DNA from: a virus
Taxonomy: Duplodnaviria; Caudoviricetes
Direction: 5' to 3' (one strand)
DNA: 64,000 nt
Virus record (IMG/VR): IMGVR_UViG_3300009873_000008
Coordinates: 8,944 to 72,943 of that record
Under the pieces are notes generated by a model, which was given only the letters and a program-made list of their open reading frames with translations, ran no database searches and had not been told where the DNA came from. Position numbers and translations under genes: made by a program. Positions 26,853 to 36,664 of the stretch are shown here, one piece after another. Position 1 is the stretch's first letter, and each line of letters starts with the position of its first letter.

Positions 26853-27431
26853 GTGCATCCGTCGGAACCATACGACGTCTACTGGTTCTTCCGCCCGGAC
26901 CTGCAACTCAGCGTCGTAGGGATCGTAATCGCTTCGCAACCTCATCGGGTCTACACCGGACTCCAACGCGAGCCCTTCGATCTTTTCCATCGCTCATTCT
27001 TGCTCGCGCCTTTCGACATCGTGGAGCGCGTGGGCCTTCTCAATAGGCACTGCTCGTTCTGCATAACTGGCGGTCGTCTGCGCGCCAGAGCGACGAAGGG
27101 CCACGACGAATACGGCAACCCACTGACAACCGAGTGGGACGGGTGGGAATGGTCCGACGGGTCTGCTCGGCCGAGACCCGAATTGCCGATGTGCTGGTGC
27201 ATGTTCTGGCAGATCGTCGGCGGCACGGCGTGCGCAAACGACTGCGTAGTGAAGTTCATCAGTAAGACGAGCAGCACAAACGCGACCGACTTCCAATTCA
27301 CCGAGCAGTCGGGAAGCCGTATCGCCAAAGGTCGTCCCCGTTCTCGCCAACGTCCACTCTCTCGGGACGAGGCGGCGGCCCGGCGCCAGCGAAGTCAGAT
27401 GCTGAGTCGTCGTCCGCCTCGGGCCCGGTAG
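26853..27431 (+). CDS. Hypothetical Cys/Trp-rich protein
   Basis: IVERVGLLN; 3' end overlaps the opposite-strand HTH gene. Confidence 0.5.
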   Translation: MHPSEPYDVYWFFRPDLQLSVVGIVIASQPHRVYTGLQREPFDLFHRSFLLAPFDIVERVGLLNRHCSFCITGGRLRARATKGHDEYGNPLTTEWDGWEWSDGSARPRPELPMCWCMFWQIVGGTACANDCVVKFISKTSSTNATDFQFTEQSGSRIAKGRPRSRQRPLSRDEAAARRQRSQMLSRRPPRAR

Positions 27432-27732
27432 CCACCACAGGCTTCGTAGTCGTAGCCTCGGGCTCGGGCTCGGGCTTCGAGTCGTCCGATTCGTCCGATT
27501 CGTCCGAGGCGCTCGGCGTCAACTTCGCGTTGTCGGGCAACTTCGCGTTGCAGATGATCGCCAGAGTCTCTTCGGGTTTCATCGCGAGCACCTTCAAGAG
27601 CGCCGCGGCGACCGGGGGGATCTTCTGGCCATTTTCCCAACGTATTAGTGTGGCACGATTTATGGAAAGTCGATCGGCCAGCTGCCTCTGGGTGAGCCCG
27701 GTACTTAGGCGAGCCCGCAGCGCCAGGTTCAC
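27298..27732 (-). CDS. XRE-family HTH protein with acidic tail
   Basis: GLTQRQLADRLSINRATLIRWENG. Confidence 0.75.
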   Translation of the reverse strand: MNLALRARLSTGLTQRQLADRLSINRATLIRWENGQKIPPVAAALLKVLAMKPEETLAIICNAKLPDNAKLTPSASDESDESDDSKPEPEPEATTTKPVVATGPEADDDSASDFAGAGPPPRPERVDVGENGDDLWRYGFPTAR

Positions 27733-28082
27733 TCGATCGAGCCGATCTGATCGATGATCGGAAAGTCGGGCGTGCGCGCGACGATCGGCTTCGCTCCGGG
27801 CGACTTGGGCACCAAGACGAAGTAGGACTCCTCGAACTCGTCCTCGCCCACGATCGCGTGATCGTGGATCTCCAGCAGCAGCCCGCGGCTGTCTGGATGC
27901 AGATAGAGACGACGCTCCCAGTAATCCTCGCCCGCGCTCCAGTTGATGCCCTCGATGCTGCTTTGGATCTCGGCGTGATTGAGACCATCCCCGAGGCGCT
28001 GCCGCCGGTAACGCGTCTCGCGCAGGTCGAGGAGCCGGAGCAGTTCGCGAATGTCGAGCGCTTGCGACTGATCGCCTGGCAT
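27729..28082 (-). CDS. Hypothetical protein, C-terminal IIDQIGSIE
   Basis: GGG-TAGAAC (28089-28097) 6 nt before ATG 28082. Confidence 0.6.
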   Translation of the reverse strand: MPGDQSQALDIRELLRLLDLRETRYRRQRLGDGLNHAEIQSSIEGINWSAGEDYWERRLYLHPDSRGLLLEIHDHAIVGEDEFEESYFVLVPKSPGAKPIVARTPDFPIIDQIGSIE

Positions 28083-28141
28083 GCGCAAGTTCTACCCGTT
28101 TACCGAGACGGAACGGAGCGGGGTATCACAGGGTTACGCCC

Positions 28142-28678
28142 ATGAACACGACCATCGTCGAATCGACCTGTCCCAAGACCTCCGGCAACCAGAAGAAGTA
28201 CCCCTTCGTGCGCTTCAGGGAGAGCCGCACAGTTGACGACTCGGCCTTCTTCGTGTTCACAGACGGTTCGAGCCTCGGCGCTTACGCTGCTGTGATCGCG
28301 CGGGGCGCCGAGATCGTAACCGTGGGCGGATTCTCACCGCCGACGCACACACGGAACGTGGGCGCCGAACTCCGGGGCGCCAAGCTGGGACTGGAGCACG
28401 TTCCCGATGGCGCACGAGTGGTGCTCGTCTTCGATTATCTCGGCGTGGGCGCCTGGATGACCGGCAACTGGCAAGCCCGCGACGTCGAGGTACAGGAGAT
28501 CACCGGTCAGATCAGATCGATCATCAAGACCAAGTGCCTCGATGTTGTGTTCGTCCACCACCGCGGTCACCAGAAGCCGCGAGACGAACTCGACCTCTTC
28601 ACGCGCTACAACGCGGCAGCCGACGCGCATTGCTCGAAACTAGCGAAGGCCGCCAAGGGGCAGACCGATGGCCGGTGA
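28142..28678 (+). CDS. rnhA: Ribonuclease HI
   Basis: FTDGS, AEL, VFD, HHRGH, NAAAD acidic catalytic motifs. Confidence 0.8.
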   Translation: MNTTIVESTCPKTSGNQKKYPFVRFRESRTVDDSAFFVFTDGSSLGAYAAVIARGAEIVTVGGFSPPTHTRNVGAELRGAKLGLEHVPDGARVVLVFDYLGVGAWMTGNWQARDVEVQEITGQIRSIIKTKCLDVVFVHHRGHQKPRDELDLFTRYNAAADAHCSKLAKAAKGQTDGR

Positions 28679-29138
28679 GTCCAACCACCGTTCGCTGACG
28701 GCAGACGAAGTGTTCGACAAGTTGACCCAGGAGGCACAAGCGTCGGTGCCCCAGTACCACGGTTCGGTGCAGGACAAGCTCGACGCGCTGGAACGGTTCG
28801 GCAACGCGACGCTCAAGCTGGTAGCTTCCATGCGCGGCGGGGACCACGACGCCAAGATCGCGCGGTCGGCTAGCGAAGCGGCCGAGGCGGCCGATGGAGC
28901 AGCGGAGGCCATCTTGGCGCTGATCGACGCGATCAACGCAGCCAAGATCCAGCGAAAGCACCCGGGCACCGCCGGGGTGCCGGCGCTCGAAGCGCTGTAC
29001 GATCAGGCGCAGACCCTCAGCAACAACCTGGCGAAGTACTCCCTCTACTTCGAGAAGCTGGTCCCCGGATTCGTCGAGCGAGTTGCCGATCTGGACAAGA
29101 CACAGAGCGAGGAGGAGAGCAATGACCTCCCCTTCTGA
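28668..29138 (+). CDS. Hypothetical helical protein, FVERVADLD tag
   Basis: 156 aa. Confidence 0.6.
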   Translation: MAGESNHRSLTADEVFDKLTQEAQASVPQYHGSVQDKLDALERFGNATLKLVASMRGGDHDAKIARSASEAAEAADGAAEAILALIDAINAAKIQRKHPGTAGVPALEALYDQAQTLSNNLAKYSLYFEKLVPGFVERVADLDKTQSEEESNDLPF

Positions 29139-29409
29139 GACCCCCGAGGAAAGGCACGTCGCCGCTCTCGTAGAGGTGCTCCGCCTCAAGCCTGGCGACA
29201 TCGTGCTGGTGAAGATTCCCCTGGGCAGCCTCCCGCCGAAAGATCGCAACCACTACACGGATCAGTTCAAGCAGGTGCTGCGCACGTTGCTCGACCTGGG
29301 CGGCCACGACAAGGTTCAGATCGCGATCGTCGACAAGGGTATCGACTTCTCAGTGATCGAAGCAGCTGCCGAGCTTTGTCCGCCGGGTCCGCCGTCTAGT
29401 TCGTCTTGA
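29122..29409 (+). CDS. Hypothetical protein
   Basis: GGAGGAG SD; LKPGDIVLV. Confidence 0.55.
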   Translation: MTSPSETPEERHVAALVEVLRLKPGDIVLVKIPLGSLPPKDRNHYTDQFKQVLRTLLDLGGHDKVQIAIVDKGIDFSVIEAAAELCPPGPPSSSS

Positions 29410-29767
29410 TGTATCCGAGCCAGCACTTGTTGGTGACGTGCTGCATGAAGCGGACGCCGCGGTGATCGGTCCGCGGATCTCGACACCACAGACCCCAGAG
29501 CAGCTTCGCCTGGTTGGGCGTGACGTCCGTCACAGTTGGCACCCAGTGGTGCCAGAAGGTCGCGAGTAGGGCGACGTGCTCGCGCTTGACCAGATGATCC
29601 CAGCCCGGCTGAATCTCCGTCTGCCCCGACGTCGGTGACTGCGCCGGGTTCGATGCCGGTGGCCCGACGGTCACATGAATGCCGTCCGGCTTCATCTGGA
29701 TCGACACGTGGCTCGGCGTCGCAATAGAGAGGGTGAGCTTCACATCGTCACCGTTTCGGGGGAGCAT
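29396..29767 (-). CDS. Hypothetical protein
   Basis: 123 aa. Confidence 0.5.
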   Translation of the reverse strand: MLPRNGDDVKLTLSIATPSHVSIQMKPDGIHVTVGPPASNPAQSPTSGQTEIQPGWDHLVKREHVALLATFWHHWVPTVTDVTPNQAKLLWGLWCRDPRTDHRGVRFMQHVTNKCWLGYIKTN

Positions 29768-29779
29768 TTTACCGCTCCG

Positions 29780-30046
29780 CTACAGATCCCCGCCATGCCA
29801 GTCTGGAAAGCCAAGCTGTGCGTCGCGGGCCCACGCTCGCCACGTATCGATGTGAGTTGTGCAGCGCGAGCGCTGCCCGTAGTTGGTATCCCGTCGATAG
29901 GAAACACCGAGACCGATGGAAAGCGGGTGGTCGTCCTCGTCGAGAACCACCAACGCGAGCACGCGCACGACTTCGTCTCGGTGGTGCAGGACGTCGCCTG
30001 GCGCCGGATCGACCCGGGGGTTGCGATCGTTGACTAGCGCGTTCAC
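29780..30046 (-). CDS. Hypothetical protein
   Basis: GTGA overlap with the dcd stop. Confidence 0.5.
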   Translation of the reverse strand: MNALVNDRNPRVDPAPGDVLHHRDEVVRVLALVVLDEDDHPLSIGLGVSYRRDTNYGQRSRCTTHIDTWRAWARDAQLGFPDWHGGDL

Positions 30047-30624
30047 GCGCGAGGCAGGACGACCTCTGGTCCCTGACCTTGGTACTTGCCGGCACGATCG
30101 GCGTAGGACACGCTGCACGACTCGCCCCGGAAGAACAGGCACTGGGCGATGCCCTCATCCGCGTAGACCTTGACCGGCACCGGCGTCGTGTTGGAGATCT
30201 CGATGGTGACGTGACCCTCCCAGCCCGGTTCGAGCGGCGTCACATTCACCACGATGCCCACGCGTGCATACGTGGACTTTCCCAAAACCAGTGCCATCAC
30301 GTCGCGAGGCATCTTGAAGCGCTCGACCGAGTAGGCGAGCGCGAAGCTGTTGGGCGGAATGACGCACGCGTGCGTCTTCTTGCGAATGAACGCCGCCGGG
30401 TCGAGGTTCTTCGGATCGACCAACTGGCAGTCGGCGTTCGAGAAGATCAGGAACTGATCCGCCACGCGGATGTCGTAGCCGAAGGACGAGAGCCCGTACG
30501 AGATGACCTTCGACGAGTCGTGTACTCGCACGAGCGCCGGCTCGAAGGGCGAGATCATCTGATACTCGTTCGCCAGACGAGCGATCTCGATATCGTTCAG
30601 AATGCCGTTGTGGTTGACCGTCAC
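30043..30624 (-). CDS. dcd: dCTP deaminase
   Basis: [42 protein letters not shown]. Confidence 0.95.
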   Translation of the reverse strand: MTVNHNGILNDIEIARLANEYQMISPFEPALVRVHDSSKVISYGLSSFGYDIRVADQFLIFSNADCQLVDPKNLDPAAFIRKKTHACVIPPNSFALAYSVERFKMPRDVMALVLGKSTYARVGIVVNVTPLEPGWEGHVTIEISNTTPVPVKVYADEGIAQCLFFRGESCSVSYADRAGKYQGQGPEVVLPRA

Positions 30625-31124
30625 TTGTGAAACTGCTCCCATTCTTCGTCGTCGTAGGCACGGCCGCTCGGATGGTGCGGGATCCCACGAGCAGAATCGC
30701 CGCATGAGCAGTCGCCGACGAACTTCCCGCAGCCTTCGCAGACCGCGCTCCGGCGAGAACCGTAGCGCGGCTCGTAGTACATGATGCCGCCCTCTTCGGC
30801 CATCGACATCCTAGACTTGGGCGCGGGCTCGTCCGGCTTGTTCGCGTCCTTGGCCTCGGCAATCGAAGTGACGCCGCGGCCCCAGAGTGCGCCCTGGATG
30901 AATCCGAGCCAGCGCATCACCTTCTCGCGCCGGCCTTCCTTCAGCATGCGCTCGGCCTCGTCACACATGAACACGAGGTGCTTGGCAACGTCCGGTGGGT
31001 CGAGCGCGTTGATCTTCTGAGTCATGTCCTCCGGCGAGAGGCGCACAGGCGGCCAGGTGCCCTTGGGCCCTTGGACCTGGGCGCGCATCTTGTGCAGCGC
31101 CTCGACGATCTTCTGGTCGCTCAT
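30621..31124 (-). CDS. Hypothetical protein with C-terminal CxxC...CxC
   Basis: ATGA start; [14 protein letters not shown]. Confidence 0.6.
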   Translation of the reverse strand: MSDQKIVEALHKMRAQVQGPKGTWPPVRLSPEDMTQKINALDPPDVAKHLVFMCDEAERMLKEGRREKVMRWLGFIQGALWGRGVTSIAEAKDANKPDEPAPKSRMSMAEEGGIMYYEPRYGSRRSAVCEGCGKFVGDCSCGDSARGIPHHPSGRAYDDEEWEQFHK

Positions 31125-31528
31125 CGGCATGTGTTCAGTACCTCGCGCAGCAGCCACTCGTAGTAGTCCTGGTAGAGCGCGTTCTCCAGGATGTCCTCAG
31201 CCGTGGTCCAGTAGGGCGTGGTTCCGGGTTCTACCTCGCGAGGCAGCTGGTCCCCGATGTCCGCTTCGTAGGCCAGGCAGAACCAGTCGGGACCGCCGTC
31301 CTTCGGCTGGCTCTTGTGGATCATGCCGCCGAGACGGCGCAAGGACTTGGCTTCCAGCCCGGTCTCCTCGGCGAGTTCCCGGCGCGCGGCCTCCTCGGGT
31401 GTCTCGTCGCCTTCGATCTTGCCGCCCGGCATCGAGAAGCCGCCCCAGCGCCGGTTGGTCACGACCAGGAACTTGTCGCCGCGACGAACGACCAACTCGA
31501 CTGATGCTCGAAAGAGACGTGCGCTCAT
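31121..31528 (-). CDS. Nudix hydrolase
   Basis: Nudix box GGKIEGDETPEEAARRELAEETG. Confidence 0.9.
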   Translation of the reverse strand: MSARLFRASVELVVRRGDKFLVVTNRRWGGFSMPGGKIEGDETPEEAARRELAEETGLEAKSLRRLGGMIHKSQPKDGGPDWFCLAYEADIGDQLPREVEPGTTPYWTTAEDILENALYQDYYEWLLREVLNTCR

Positions 31529-31743
31529 CCGAGGAGCGTCCGCTTGGTGGTATCGGGCGCGGCGCACGAGCACACGAGCACGGATGGCGAGTTGTAGCGC
31601 TTGCAGCCCGGACACTGCCATCCGGTCGGAACCGAATCGGAAACCGGAACCGACGGACCGATCACGGTCGTCACCGACTTGGCGAATGGGCAATTCACCG
31701 CGTGACTGCCGTCGGTCATGCCTCCGCACGTGCAGTGGTTCAT
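31525..31743 (-). CDS. Small Cys-rich protein
   Basis: GWQCPGC...CSC. Confidence 0.45.
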   Translation of the reverse strand: MNHCTCGGMTDGSHAVNCPFAKSVTTVIGPSVPVSDSVPTGWQCPGCKRYNSPSVLVCSCAAPDTTKRTLLG

Positions 31744-31846
31744 CGAGTCCTCGGGTATAACGAATGCGACGACCTCGGTCGTCTGGTGGAGGGCCCCGCG
31801 CCCCAGGACACACCCGCCGAGAAACACGGCGGGTGTTGTTCTGTAC

Positions 31847-32218
31847 CTACGACCTCGGACCTCCGTCGTAGCTCTTGGCGAGACCCAGTGAGACCAGTTC
31901 GGCGTTCAGCACCTTCCGGCTTCCACCATCGACCATGATGATGGTGCCGATCCATCGACCGTACTTGTCCGTTGAGTAGGGCTTGTCCGTCTGCACGACG
32001 AACGTGCGGCCTACGACCGAAAAGAGCGCCGCGTGGACGTGATGCTTGGCAGCGTTCGCTCGATTGCGTTCCTCGGGATCGGACGAGTTGAGTTCCGGCG
32101 TATCGATGCCAGCGAATCGGAGGATCTCGGTCTTGTGGACGTTGAGCCCGAGATCGATGTCGAACTGGGCCGTGTCGCCATCGATCACGCGAATCGGGGT
32201 TGCCTTGTACTCGTACAC
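31847..32218 (-). CDS. Thermonuclease (SNase-like)
   Basis: RVIDGDT, RFAGIDTPE, DKYGR, LNAELV. Confidence 0.9.
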   Translation of the reverse strand: MYEYKATPIRVIDGDTAQFDIDLGLNVHKTEILRFAGIDTPELNSSDPEERNRANAAKHHVHAALFSVVGRTFVVQTDKPYSTDKYGRWIGTIIMVDGGSRKVLNAELVSLGLAKSYDGGPRS

Positions 32219-32226
32219 GGCGAGCC

Positions 32227-32982
32227 TCAGATGTCTCGCATCGAGATCCGGTCCTTGACGTAGTCGCCCTTACCGTAGGGCTGACCGTCCCGATCGAGGA
32301 ACGCCACTTCTCCGGTCTGCGGGTTGTACGCCTTCCCCTTGGGGATTCGCAGCGCCGCTGCCGGGTTGGCCGGAGGCGCTGCTTGGGGGACCATCATCGG
32401 CGCCTGGCCGGGCGTCATCCACGGGCCCTGCTGCGGAGGTTGTGAAACAGGGATCGGCATCTGCCCGTAGCGCTGCCGAACCGCACCACAGCCCCCCGGA
32501 TCATGACAGTCGGGCGTGGGACCCTGGAAGACCGGCACCGCGCCACAGCCCTGACAGAACGCAGCGAGGTTCGGATCCGCGCCGACCGCGGCGGCGGCAG
32601 CCTGGATCATGCCCATCCCGCCTGCCCCACCCGGCGCAGCCATCACGGCGGCAGACTGTGAGGGGTGGTTGGGCTCGACCTCCTTCCGCCAGCGGACCGC
32701 GAGCACGACCTCGGCGTCCTCGGGGATCTCCGCGTTGTTGGCTCGGATCAGGTCGAGCAGAACGCTTGCCGGGAACGGGGTCCGCCTCCCCTCAGCGTTG
32801 CTGTCGTCCACGACGACCTGAATCGAGAGTCGACGCGGATCGATGTCGACGTGCTCGCTCGGATCGTCTGCGACCAGTAGCTCGGCAAGCTCACGGAGTG
32901 AGACCGTGACTGCGTGGTCCTCCAGCGTGACGACCTTGGCCGTACGAACGTGCTTCATTGGATCTACGCTCATGTTGGACAC
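32227..32982 (-). CDS. Hypothetical protein with Pro/Gln-rich tail
   Basis: 251 aa. Confidence 0.6.
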   Translation of the reverse strand: MSNMSVDPMKHVRTAKVVTLEDHAVTVSLRELAELLVADDPSEHVDIDPRRLSIQVVVDDSNAEGRRTPFPASVLLDLIRANNAEIPEDAEVVLAVRWRKEVEPNHPSQSAAVMAAPGGAGGMGMIQAAAAAVGADPNLAAFCQGCGAVPVFQGPTPDCHDPGGCGAVRQRYGQMPIPVSQPPQQGPWMTPGQAPMMVPQAAPPANPAAALRIPKGKAYNPQTGEVAFLDRDGQPYGKGDYVKDRISMRDI

Positions 32983-32985
32983 CTT

Positions 32986-33159
32986 CTACCTTCGACCGGT
33001 GACGCGCGCACTGGTGAAGACCGTGGAGGGAATGTCCCTCAGTGTCCCACCACCGTTGGCCACTGGATTGAGATAAGTCGGCGAGCCGTAAGGCTTACCG
33101 GCGTCTACTTGGATAGACTTCAGTGGCCGTCTCGTCAACTTGAGCTTGGACTTCTTCAT
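32986..33159 (-). CDS. 57-aa protein with LTRRPLKSIQ motif
   Basis: Hand translation MKKSKLKLTRRPLKSIQVDAGK...; ATGA overlap; below the ORF-track cutoff. Confidence 0.55.
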   Translation of the reverse strand: MKKSKLKLTRRPLKSIQVDAGKPYGSPTYLNPVANGGGTLRDIPSTVFTSARVTGRR

Positions 33160-33536
33160 CGGGTGTCCTCGGCTCCGTGCCGTTCAATGAGCTTCTTGAC
33201 GACCACTTCGCGCAGAAGCAGCTTCTTGTGGTGGACATCGACGGTGCTCGGCTGGTGCTCATCGTCCAACGCTGCAATGCGATCCACGACCGTCACGCGT
33301 GCGTTGAGAAGATCCTCGGCCAGCGCCATGAACGACGGCTCGCGACTCTCGGACGCAAGCCGAGCGACCTCCATGGCAAGCAACCTGACCCCCATTGGGT
33401 ATTCGTAGGCCCTTCGCAGATCGAGCGTGCTGGACGTGTCGTCCCAGGCGTGTTCGATGACCGACCGGACCTGGGCCGGAAGGTTGACTTGCGCGGCAGG
33501 ACGAACGAAGGTCAAGCGGAATCTTCTGGCCACCAC
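33156..33536 (-). CDS. Hypothetical protein, VVDRIAALD tag
   Basis: Start uncertain. Confidence 0.5.
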   Translation of the reverse strand: MVARRFRLTFVRPAAQVNLPAQVRSVIEHAWDDTSSTLDLRRAYEYPMGVRLLAMEVARLASESREPSFMALAEDLLNARVTVVDRIAALDDEHQPSTVDVHHKKLLLREVVVKKLIERHGAEDTR

Positions 33537-33564
33537 CGAATCCAGTCGGAAGATCACATGGATA

Positions 33565-33573
33565 AGGTAGAAC
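33565..33573 (+). promoter_or_regulatory. Putative -10 element AGG-TAGAAC, leaderless
   Basis: 6 nt before ATG 33580. Confidence 0.55.
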
Positions 33574-33579
33574 ACGACC

Positions 33580-33990
33580 ATGAGTGAGCGGAAGCCCATT
33601 TCCATCGACTTCCTCATCCCCGGAACTCCAGATGCCGCCAAGGACGAGATCGACCGCAAGCTAGAAGACCTGGAGCGGCAGATGGAAGCCGCGGCGCAGG
33701 AGCGACTGAAGGCGCAGGAGCAAGCGGAAGGCGCAGTTCTCCAGGCCGTCGGTCAGGTGGACGAGGATGATCCCGACCGCCTCCTGGAAGCCCTGGTTCA
33801 GAACATGAAGGAGACGGGCGAGCTACCGGCCTCGGCAGACGACAAGAAGAGTCCCGACGACGTGGTGAAAGACATCGCCAATCGGGCGAAGACCGCAAGG
33901 CACAACGCACACCTCACGCAACTGCGCATGATCGAGATGGAACGACGTCGCCAACGCCGGGCGGCGCGGGAAGGAAAGGGAAAGAAGTGA
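33580..33990 (+). CDS. Hypothetical coiled-coil protein
   Basis: 136 aa. Confidence 0.65.
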   Translation: MSERKPISIDFLIPGTPDAAKDEIDRKLEDLERQMEAAAQERLKAQEQAEGAVLQAVGQVDEDDPDRLLEALVQNMKETGELPASADDKKSPDDVVKDIANRAKTARHNAHLTQLRMIEMERRRQRRAAREGKGKK

Positions 33991-34445
33991 AGCAGCGAGC
34001 GCCGAAGGACAACAAGCCGCCCGAGATCTCGGTGGTCTCTCAGTCTCCTGGCCAGCCGCCGCCGGGAGAACTCGCAGTCGGCTGGGTCGAAGTGGGCGCC
34101 GGACCATGCGCCGACGAAGTGGTGCGAATGCGGAACTTCTCGATGGGTGTGTTGGTCGCCGTCGTGAAGCAGGTACGAGGGTACGCGAGCACCTCCGTCG
34201 TCGGTAGCGATCCTCGCGAGGGGAACAAGGTCGTGGTCAAGTCGGAGACGACGGTGTCGCTGTCCTACGTGTCGGGCACGCACCTCTCGGTCGTACCGAT
34301 GCCGCCGATGCCCGGACCTACCCTTGAGAACGCGCCTGCTGTGGCCAGTCCCCAGGTGAGTTCGGCTCCGTCCCCCGAGAGCGGCGCTTCTTCGCCGGAG
34401 CCCGCTCCGGCGACTGCCGACGCTGGTGCCACTGAGACCCGATGA
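33987..34445 (+). CDS. Hypothetical protein
   Basis: GTGA-coupled. Confidence 0.55.
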   Translation: MKQRAPKDNKPPEISVVSQSPGQPPPGELAVGWVEVGAGPCADEVVRMRNFSMGVLVAVVKQVRGYASTSVVGSDPREGNKVVVKSETTVSLSYVSGTHLSVVPMPPMPGPTLENAPAVASPQVSSAPSPESGASSPEPAPATADAGATETR

Positions 34446-34581
34446 GCGCCTGCGCCTGCCTGGCGTTCATGTTTCCAGGCAGCGCGTCCGGGCCAGACTG
34501 CGCCGACGGCTCGGCCAGATGGCGAGTCCACCACGGGTTGTTTGGGAAGTGCTCCAACACGATCCGGTCGTAGAGGCTCAC
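34318..34581 (-). CDS. Small protein (MSLYDRIVLE N-terminus)
   Basis: TACAAT 7 nt upstream; overlaps an opposite-strand gene. Confidence 0.35.
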   Translation of the reverse strand: MSLYDRIVLEHFPNNPWWTRHLAEPSAQSGPDALPGNMNARQAQALIGSQWHQRRQSPERAPAKKRRSRGTEPNSPGDWPQQARSQG

Positions 34582-34627
34582 GACCAGAATTGTATCCGAT
34601 GACCATCATCGTTGGTACAACTCACCT

Positions 34628-35026
34628 GTGACCGAGAAAGCACTGGCCTGTGAACGCTGCGGACGACCGATTCCGGTCTTTCCGCTGTGGACCGCCCTCT
34701 CACGAAGGGCGAGACTGTCGTGCTCCGACTGCGGCCACCAGGTGACTCGGGACTACCTGACGGCGCGCGCCGAGATCGACGAGATGGCCAAAGCGATGTT
34801 GGTGGCCTACGGCCAGTTGGTCCAGTTCGGATGGGTCAACTACGACTCGCTGGCCAACGACGGAGTGGTCGGCAATCCGCACTCGATCGGCGGATTGCTC
34901 AGTGGACTCGCGCGCGCTGGGTTGATCCAGCGCGCGGAGCCCGTTACCAAACTGGGTTCACTCGTAGATCCGAAGCCCGTGTTTGTTCCGGGACCGAGGT
35001 TTCCCGCCGCCAAGGCGGCCGGCTAG
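34628..35026 (+). CDS. Zinc-finger protein with possible winged helix
   Basis: CERC...CSDC; TGG-TACAAC 6 nt upstream. Confidence 0.6.
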   Translation: MTEKALACERCGRPIPVFPLWTALSRRARLSCSDCGHQVTRDYLTARAEIDEMAKAMLVAYGQLVQFGWVNYDSLANDGVVGNPHSIGGLLSGLARAGLIQRAEPVTKLGSLVDPKPVFVPGPRFPAAKAAG

Positions 35027-35307
35027 CGGCGCTGGCGGATCCTCTCGAAGGTCTTCTCGCGAACGAAGTCGAGCAACCGATCGTGCTCGTTCAGCGAGAA
35101 GACGTGGATCGTCCTGGAGAGTGGTTCGTTGGGATCCACGTCTTCGGACTTCTTCTCCTCGGAGAAAGCCCGGGAGGGGTCGTAGCCTTTTCCGTCGGAC
35201 TCGTCGGACTCCGGTGCCATCTTCCTGGCGAACAGCGCCTCGACGACGATCCACCCGTTCTCGGCCTCTTCGATCGAGAGGCACCGCTCGTACGTCGTGT
35301 GCATCAA
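35023..35307 (-). CDS. Hypothetical protein
   Basis: LSIEEAENGWIV. Confidence 0.6.
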   Translation of the reverse strand: MMHTTYERCLSIEEAENGWIVVEALFARKMAPESDESDGKGYDPSRAFSEEKKSEDVDPNEPLSRTIHVFSLNEHDRLLDFVREKTFERIRQRR

Positions 35308-35353
35308 CTAAACCTCGGCTGTCGAATGTCCCAGATGGCTGACCTAGACGCGA

Positions 35354-36664
35354 CTACTTCTTGGCTACGATGTCCTGGGCGCCGCGCTTGTAGCTCCACC
35401 TGTCCGGGGACAGGTCGTGGTGCATGGCGATCCCGGGCAGGCACTGCTTGATCGCCTCGCCCATCCACTGTGCGACGGTGCGCAGCGTCGGGTGGACCGT
35501 CTCCCCGGAACGGAGTTCGGCGATGTAGACGGCCGACGGCAGTGAGCAGGCCATCACGACCGGCACCTGGTAGCCCATCGGGATGTAGTACTGCTTGACC
35601 GTCGGGTCAGCCTGGAGCGCTTGGACACGCGCCGTGATCCGAGCGATCTCCGCCTCGGTACCGGACGGCAGGTTCTCCAGGTACCAGCCGTGGAAGCCGC
35701 GGCGGATGGTGAGGAGCGGCATCTCCTGAACGGCCGACCGCTGGCGCTGGATGTCGCGGTAGCTCCCGAAGTCGATGTTGAACTCAAAGTCGATGCTGCC
35801 GAAGCGCCGGAGGCGCTGATGCATCTCCGCCCTGGGCGGCCTGCTTGAGAGCAGATCGTGGAAGGCTCCCAGCGCGTCCACATTCAGCCGGTTCGTGTAG
35901 CGGGCCCCGTCCCACATGGCCGCATAGCCGTCGAAGTAGGCAAAGCGCGCCATGCTGCGCGCGATGTACTCCTCCTCGGCGTCGTAGCGCTTGTGCCCGA
36001 AGCTGGACGGGTAGCGCTGACCAAGAGCATCGTGCAGCGCTTCCGAGATCTCTCGAACCTCGACCAGCGGATGGTGGCGCATTTCCTTGAGGTGGTCGTT
36101 CGTCTGGCGCAGGTTCGTCGACCAGGCGACGAGCGTCGTAGCGCCGGCCGGTAGAAGTGAGCGCGCGATGTCGAACGCGCGCGCCTTGATCGCCTTCTCC
36201 CACTGGCCGGACTTCTCATCCGCACGCTTGGGATACCGCTCGCTCAGCGAATCGACCAGAGCGGCCAGCGACTTGGCGTAGAGCGCCATCCACTCGGCCT
36301 GGATCTCCTCGCCCTCGGCGATCCCAAGCGGGTTCAGGCAGCCCTGCGTGAACATGTCCAGGTAGCGGGTGCTGGCTTCCTGCCCGCAGTAGAGGGGCGT
36401 GTCCTGAATCGCCTTGGCCGCAAGCATCGAGACCTGCTCGACGAACATCGCGATGAAACCGCAGTCGCCGATGCTCTTGTGCCCGTATCCGACATAGAAC
36501 TTCTCGTGGAAGGCCGACGAGCCGGTCTCACGAACCTTCTCCAGGTGCTCGGTCACTGACTTGGGACTGCGTGAGTACATGGCCTGAAGCATGGCCATGT
36601 CCTCGGGACTCGGAACGTCACTTCCGTCCAGTACGACGATCTTTCGTTCGGCGGTCTTGGGCAC
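35354..36664 (-). CDS. thyX: Flavin-dependent thymidylate synthase (two-domain ThyX-like)
   Basis: YGHKSIGDCG, QEASTRY, ARSLLP, DIQRQRS; AGGAGG SD 7 nt before GTG 36664. Confidence 0.85.
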   Translation of the reverse strand: MPKTAERKIVVLDGSDVPSPEDMAMLQAMYSRSPKSVTEHLEKVRETGSSAFHEKFYVGYGHKSIGDCGFIAMFVEQVSMLAAKAIQDTPLYCGQEASTRYLDMFTQGCLNPLGIAEGEEIQAEWMALYAKSLAALVDSLSERYPKRADEKSGQWEKAIKARAFDIARSLLPAGATTLVAWSTNLRQTNDHLKEMRHHPLVEVREISEALHDALGQRYPSSFGHKRYDAEEEYIARSMARFAYFDGYAAMWDGARYTNRLNVDALGAFHDLLSSRPPRAEMHQRLRRFGSIDFEFNIDFGSYRDIQRQRSAVQEMPLLTIRRGFHGWYLENLPSGTEAEIARITARVQALQADPTVKQYYIPMGYQVPVVMACSLPSAVYIAELRSGETVHPTLRTVAQWMGEAIKQCLPGIAMHHDLSPDRWSYKRGAQDIVAKK